The position numbers and the translations under genes are program-made. DNA of 64,000 nt, taken from the sequence record SRR2962707_1739. One strand, written 5' to 3'. The notes beneath the pieces were generated by a model. That model was not told where the DNA came from, made no database searches, and was given only the letters and a program-made list of their open reading frames with translations. Of this stretch, positions 59,808 through 64,000 are shown piece after piece (the first letter of the stretch is position 1; every line of letters begins with the position of its first letter).

Positions 59808-60320
59808 TTAGCTGTGTTCTTTTAAGAACTCTTCGCTAAGGTAAAGCTCTTCGTTAGAGTTTACTTTCACGTCACGGTCTAGAATCATTTTGGCAATCTC
59901 TTGAGCTTCTTCTAAAGAGTGCATTTCGTAGGTACCGCACTGGTATTCGTTTAGCTCAGGGATGTCGGCTTTTGCTTTTACGGTTAGCACATCTTCCATC
60001 GCCGCTTTCCAAGACGCCGCAACCACTTCTTCAGAAGGTTGGCCCACTAGGCTCATGTAAAAACCAGTACGACAGCCCATTGGAGAAATATCAATGACTT
60101 CTACGTTGTCGCTGTTCAAATGGTTGCGCATAAAGCCCGCGAACAAATGCTCTAAAGTATGAATGCCCTTTTCAGATAAAATCTCTTCGTTAGGAACACA
60201 GAAACGAAGGTCAAATACGGTAATTGTATCGCCTTTAGGGGTAGCCATGGATTTCGCAACACGAACGGCTGGTGCGTCCATGCGGGTATGGTCAACTCGA
60301 AAACTGTCTAATAGTGGCAT
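59808..60320 (-). CDS. luxS: S-ribosylhomocysteine lyase (AI-2 synthase)
   Basis: [35 protein letters not shown]. Confidence 0.97.
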   Translation of the reverse strand: MPLLDSFRVDHTRMDAPAVRVAKSMATPKGDTITVFDLRFCVPNEEILSEKGIHTLEHLFAGFMRNHLNSDNVEVIDISPMGCRTGFYMSLVGQPSEEVVAASWKAAMEDVLTVKAKADIPELNEYQCGTYEMHSLEEAQEIAKMILDRDVKVNSNEELYLSEEFLKEHS

Positions 60321-60379
60321 CTCTTGTCTCCTTTACAGATAAAAGCCGTTAGCGCCTTTTATGCATGAATTTAATGGCG

Positions 60380-61654
60380 TCATTGTACATGAATTTCATG
60401 GTCTAGCATGAGGTTTTTCCTGCCTTTGTAATATTCAAAATACATTGCAATAGCAAAAATAGACAAGGCAAAGAGCATACTGACGCCAACAAAATACGTC
60501 ATCAGTAAACAGGTTGTAGACGCCATAAAGCCTAACCATTTCTGATGGCTAGGTAGAAGTTTTAATGAGGTGATGCAAGTGAGTGTGTAGATAAGCAAAA
60601 AGGCCCCGTTGGTCATCTCTATAAACCAATGCAGAGACCATTCAGAGAAATAGCTCAAAAGAATGGACGCGAGCGTTAACCCCGTCACCAAATAGACAGC
60701 GTAAATCGGCGTACCTTGTTTTGACAAATACGAAAAAGCGTGCGGCAGTGCTCCTTGAGATGACATGGATTGCACCATGCGAGCGAAACCTAATAAATAC
60801 ATGCCAGTGTTGGCGAAAGCGATGATGAAAGCGCCAATGGCAAACAGCTTTTTAGAAGGCTCTCCAAAAATTTGTCCGACCAATAAAGCCAGTGATTGGC
60901 TATTCGTAATTTCATCGCCATAGGTGTGGTGCTGAGTAATTAATAGAACCAAGGCGAGATACAGGGCAATAACAATGAGCATGCCGCCAAGCAAGGCAAT
61001 GGGGAAATCTCGTGCTGGATTTTTGAATTCAGCCCCCATATGAGCCATGACTTCAATACCGATAAAACACCAAAAAATAGTACCAATCGCCAAGGATGCC
61101 GTTTGCCATTGTGACCACGATAGTGGTGTCTCTATGGTGTGAGTTGCGCCGAGTAAATCGCCTTTCCAGGATAGAAGCACCACCACAGTAATTAAAGCAA
61201 CGACGACCATGGCTTGAAATCGTGAGGAGTTTTTTATTCCGGCCAAAGCATACAGGGCAGTGGTAAAGACAGTTATGATGCTTAGTATGAAAACGCTGTC
61301 TTGTTGAAGGTTAAGCGCCACGGCTAGATAAGCCGCGGCAATGTTGATTGCCACCGCAGGGCCTACAAACAAAATGCTTAAGAAAAGCCAGCCGACGGCT
61401 TTCTCTGCTTTCTTTCCGAACGCACGACCAATGTAATGAGACGCTCCGCCGGCAGAAGGGAAACGACTGCCTAACAGAGCGAAAACAAACGCCACAGGCA
61501 ACACAATGGCGGTGGTAATTAGCCAGGCATAAAGCGCGAAACCGTTAGCCTGACTGACGGATAAAGCGGGCAGCAGCATTAAGCCAGTACCAACAAAAGT
61601 GGTGACTGTCATTGCTATGCCTTGCAAAGGCCCCAAAGTGCGCTGATATTGCAT
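60380..61654 (-). CDS. APC-family exporter, YjeH-like (Met/branched-chain amino acids)
   Basis: VGTGLMLLPA, FPSAGGASHY, FWCFIGIE, EFKNPARDFPIAL. Confidence 0.78.
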   Translation of the reverse strand: MQYQRTLGPLQGIAMTVTTFVGTGLMLLPALSVSQANGFALYAWLITTAIVLPVAFVFALLGSRFPSAGGASHYIGRAFGKKAEKAVGWLFLSILFVGPAVAINIAAAYLAVALNLQQDSVFILSIITVFTTALYALAGIKNSSRFQAMVVVALITVVVLLSWKGDLLGATHTIETPLSWSQWQTASLAIGTIFWCFIGIEVMAHMGAEFKNPARDFPIALLGGMLIVIALYLALVLLITQHHTYGDEITNSQSLALLVGQIFGEPSKKLFAIGAFIIAFANTGMYLLGFARMVQSMSSQGALPHAFSYLSKQGTPIYAVYLVTGLTLASILLSYFSEWSLHWFIEMTNGAFLLIYTLTCITSLKLLPSHQKWLGFMASTTCLLMTYFVGVSMLFALSIFAIAMYFEYYKGRKNLMLDHEIHVQ

Positions 61655-61800
61655 TGAGTTAATCCTGACAATGTAAATGAATGTGGCATAGAATACGCCA
61701 TATAGCTGGGATATAGACCTAGCATAATGAGGTTTAAGACCGTCAATTTGCAGCTTTTAAGTGACAGCTTGTAGGGTTGCGGTGCCATTGAGAAGACAAA

Positions 61801-62232
61801 ATGCAGTTAGATAAATACGATAAAAGAATAATAGCCTTACTGGTGGAAGATGCTCGACAGTCAGTGTCAGACATTGGCAGACAGATTAACCTGTCTCGCT
61901 CTGCCGTGACCGATCGCATCAAACGTATGGAAGAAAAAGGCTATATTACGGGATATCATGCGCACATTAATTACGGTTCTGCGTTAGCCGTCAGCGCGTA
62001 TTTCTCGATCACTTTTCGGCCGTTGTCGTGTGAGCTTATCCAGCCTTATATCGATGCATTAGCGGAGGTTAAACTGGCACACTCTATTAGCGGCGATGTG
62101 GATTTAATGTTATTGGTAGAAGCGCCGAGTATGACTCGGTTAAATGAAATCCGTAGTGAAATGGATCAGTGGCCAAATGTGGCTAAAGTGGTCACACACA
62201 TGTGCTTGTCGTCTCGCCTTGAGCGTGTTTGA
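61801..62232 (+). CDS. Lrp/AsnC regulator
   Basis: LSRSAVTDRIKRME, SISGDVD; divergent from the yjeH-like gene. Confidence 0.9.
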   Translation: MQLDKYDKRIIALLVEDARQSVSDIGRQINLSRSAVTDRIKRMEEKGYITGYHAHINYGSALAVSAYFSITFRPLSCELIQPYIDALAEVKLAHSISGDVDLMLLVEAPSMTRLNEIRSEMDQWPNVAKVVTHMCLSSRLERV

Positions 62233-62295
62233 GTTATGAATTACACGTTCTTCTAAACGCATTTAAGTTTTACTCTGTCGATAGGGAGGTCTGCT

Positions 62296-64000
62296 CTGAG
62301 TGAATTCAATTTAAAAGAAAAATGGCGACAGCAACGGCGCTCAAATGATGACTTATTGGTGCTGTCTTTATTGGGCGCGGTGTGCGGCTTGCTCAGTGCG
62401 TTAGTCATGGCACTGCTGTATTGGCTTATCATGTCGCTCAGTCATTTGTTTATGGCTGGCGGTAGCGAGGCGTTCGAGAGTCTGCCGATTGAATTGCGCG
62501 CGGTCATTCCTATTGTTGCCTGCTTTATATTAGCGGTTATTTTTACCTTGCTTCCCTCTAAACTTCGCAGTGTAGGGGTTCCCTATGTTGTAGAGCGGTT
62601 GAATTATCATCAAGGCATTCTTCCTGTGTTAAATGCCGTCGTGCAATTTTTTACCGTGGCAATTAGCTTGATCGGGGGCTTGTCTGTTGGTAAAGAGGGG
62701 CCAGCGGTTCATTTGGGGGCGACCTTTGGCAGTTATCTTGCGCAAAAAGGCCGTTTGCCTCAATACGGCGTTGAGACGTTAGTCGCTTGCGGTGTTGCAG
62801 GCGCCATTGCTGCCGCGTTTCAAACCCCTGTAGCAGGCGTTTTGTTTGCTTTTGAAGTGATTTTTATTGAATACCGTATGGGCATGGCGTTGCCGGTTTT
62901 GTTGTCTTCGGTTGTTGGTATGCTGGTGAGTGAATATTTACTTGGCAGCATTGAAATCTTTGATATTGATCATTTGTCTACGGCGCAGTTCACTCCTGAC
63001 TTTTTTCTTGCTTGTCTTGCTCTGGTTGGCTTTATAGTGATATTGGCCTTTCTTTTTTTGAAAGTGCAAAAAATCTTGTGGCGAATCGGAAAGGTGTCTG
63101 TTTGGTGGCGTTTTTCTTTGGTTGCATTGGTCACTTCCATTGTGGCTATTTATTTACCAGAGGCGTTAGGCGGAGGCTACGACTCACTGCTTTCTTTACT
63201 GTCTGGTCAGGTCCTTGTTAGCTCTTTGTTGGTTATCATAGTCGTGAAAACGCTGCTTACTTCTGTGTCAATTGGATTGGGGATTCCCGGCGGCATGATT
63301 GGCCCTACTTTTGTGATTGGTGGGCTAGCTGGTGCGCAGGTGGCTTTTTTGTTTGATAGTGTGCTGTCCCATAATCATGAAATGGCCTTGTTCATTTTAT
63401 TAGGCATGGCCGCTATGATGGCGGCTTGTTTTCAAGCGCCTCTCACGGCATTGATTGCCATGATTGAAATGACTCATACATCAGAAGTCATTGTTCCTGC
63501 GATGCTGGTTATTGTCTTATCGTGTTTGATCATGCGGCTCTTGTTTCGGCAGGACTCTGCGTTTGTGCAGCGCTTAGAATACGTCGGCTTATCTTCATCT
63601 GTGAGTCCTTTTCGCCGTTATTTACGACACCATACGGTCACCTCGGTTGCCGAGCCTGTGGTGGTGCTGCCGGCTCATGAGTCCTTAGAGCGACTAAAAG
63701 ATCTTGGCTCAAGTGTGGTAGACTACGTGGCTTTTGAGTCGGACGGTAAGTGGATGTTGGCGCGTCGAGAAGCCGTGTTGAGTGCGTTGCAATCGATTCA
63801 TTTTGGGCCTCCTCCATTTTTGGTTGTTGATGATGATCGTATTTTAATGGATTTAACAAAAGCGTTAGACTACACCCCATCAATGGTCATTCCTGAGCCG
63901 ACTTCTTTAGAGAAAATGCTCTCTTGGTTTCAGACTTCGGGTCGAGCGGATGTATTGGTAGAAATTAAGCAAGGAGATAAAATGTGTTTAGTATCTCGTC
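62296..64000 (+). CDS. CLC family channel/transporter, 3'-truncated by window end (absent from ORF track)
   Basis: Frame with GLSVGKEGPAVHLG, FQTPVAGVLFAFEV, GIPGGMIGP, AACFQAPLTA; still open at the window end; GGAGG RBS then CTG at 62296. Confidence 0.88.
   Translation, partial: MSEFNLKEKWRQQRRSNDDLLVLSLLGAVCGLLSALVMALLYWLIMSLSHLFMAGGSEAFESLPIELRAVIPIVACFILAVIFTLLPSKLRSVGVPYVVERLNYHQGILPVLNAVVQFFTVAISLIGGLSVGKEGPAVHLGATFGSYLAQKGRLPQYGVETLVACGVAGAIAAAFQTPVAGVLFAFEVIFIEYRMGMALPVLLSSVVGMLVSEYLLGSIEIFDIDHLSTAQFTPDFFLACLALVGFIVILAFLFLKVQKILWRIGKVSVWWRFSLVALVTSIVAIYLPEALGGGYDSLLSLLSGQVLVSSLLVIIVVKTLLTSVSIGLGIPGGMIGPTFVIGGLAGAQVAFLFDSVLSHNHEMALFILLGMAAMMAACFQAPLTALIAMIEMTHTSEVIVPAMLVIVLSCLIMRLLFRQDSAFVQRLEYVGLSSSVSPFRRYLRHHTVTSVAEPVVVLPAHESLERLKDLGSSVVDYVAFESDGKWMLARREAVLSALQSIHFGPPPFLVVDDDRILMDLTKALDYTPSMVIPEPTSLEKMLSWFQTSGRADVLVEIKQGDKMCLVSR

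Noticed and set aside
397-63883. Many 60-160 aa antisense or alternate-frame ORFs in the track (e.g. 3491-3871, 28326-28802, 39998-40318, 63012-63221)
   Set aside because: They lie within well-supported genes, lack recognisable motifs, and are expected shadow ORFs
1-64000. CRISPR arrays, IS/transposases, integrases, prophage, tRNA/rRNA, REP family
   Set aside because: No regular repeat-spacer pattern or such motifs seen; the intergenic hairpins do not share sequence

Overview
A core-chromosome-like 64 kb segment from a marine gammaproteobacterium. Gene content and style suggest Marinomonas/Oceanospirillales (inference, not a database result). I see no tRNA/rRNA, CRISPR array, transposase, integrase or phage genes. 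Contents in order: rimK with an ASPA/AstE-family peptidase; ppsA/ppsR; rnr-rlmB running into a cobalamin nucleotide-loop cluster (cobT-cobS-cobC, UPF0126, cobO, EEP hydrolase); a double Fur-box operon of two unknown genes plus Ni-SOD (sodN, sodX); the CrbS acetate sensor and DUF4212-actP, each with a CrbR-type box; bluB; an orphan periplasmic binding protein with a diguanylate cyclase; a DecR-like regulator with a class V PLP enzyme; a reduced 2-ketogluconate (ptxS-kguK-kguD) cluster; a GT4 plus PIG-L deacetylase; cpxPRA; a PAS-PAS chemoreceptor; yjeH-luxS; and a truncated, non-canonical CLC gene missing from the ORF track. The best leads are the Fur-boxed orfA-orfB-sodN-sodX operon, the binding protein/cyclase module, an unannotated 38-aa lysine-rich microprotein with adjacent SD/anti-SD hairpins, a structured rnr leader, and the CLC with a substituted filter and probable CTG start. 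All family calls come from motif recognition by eye.
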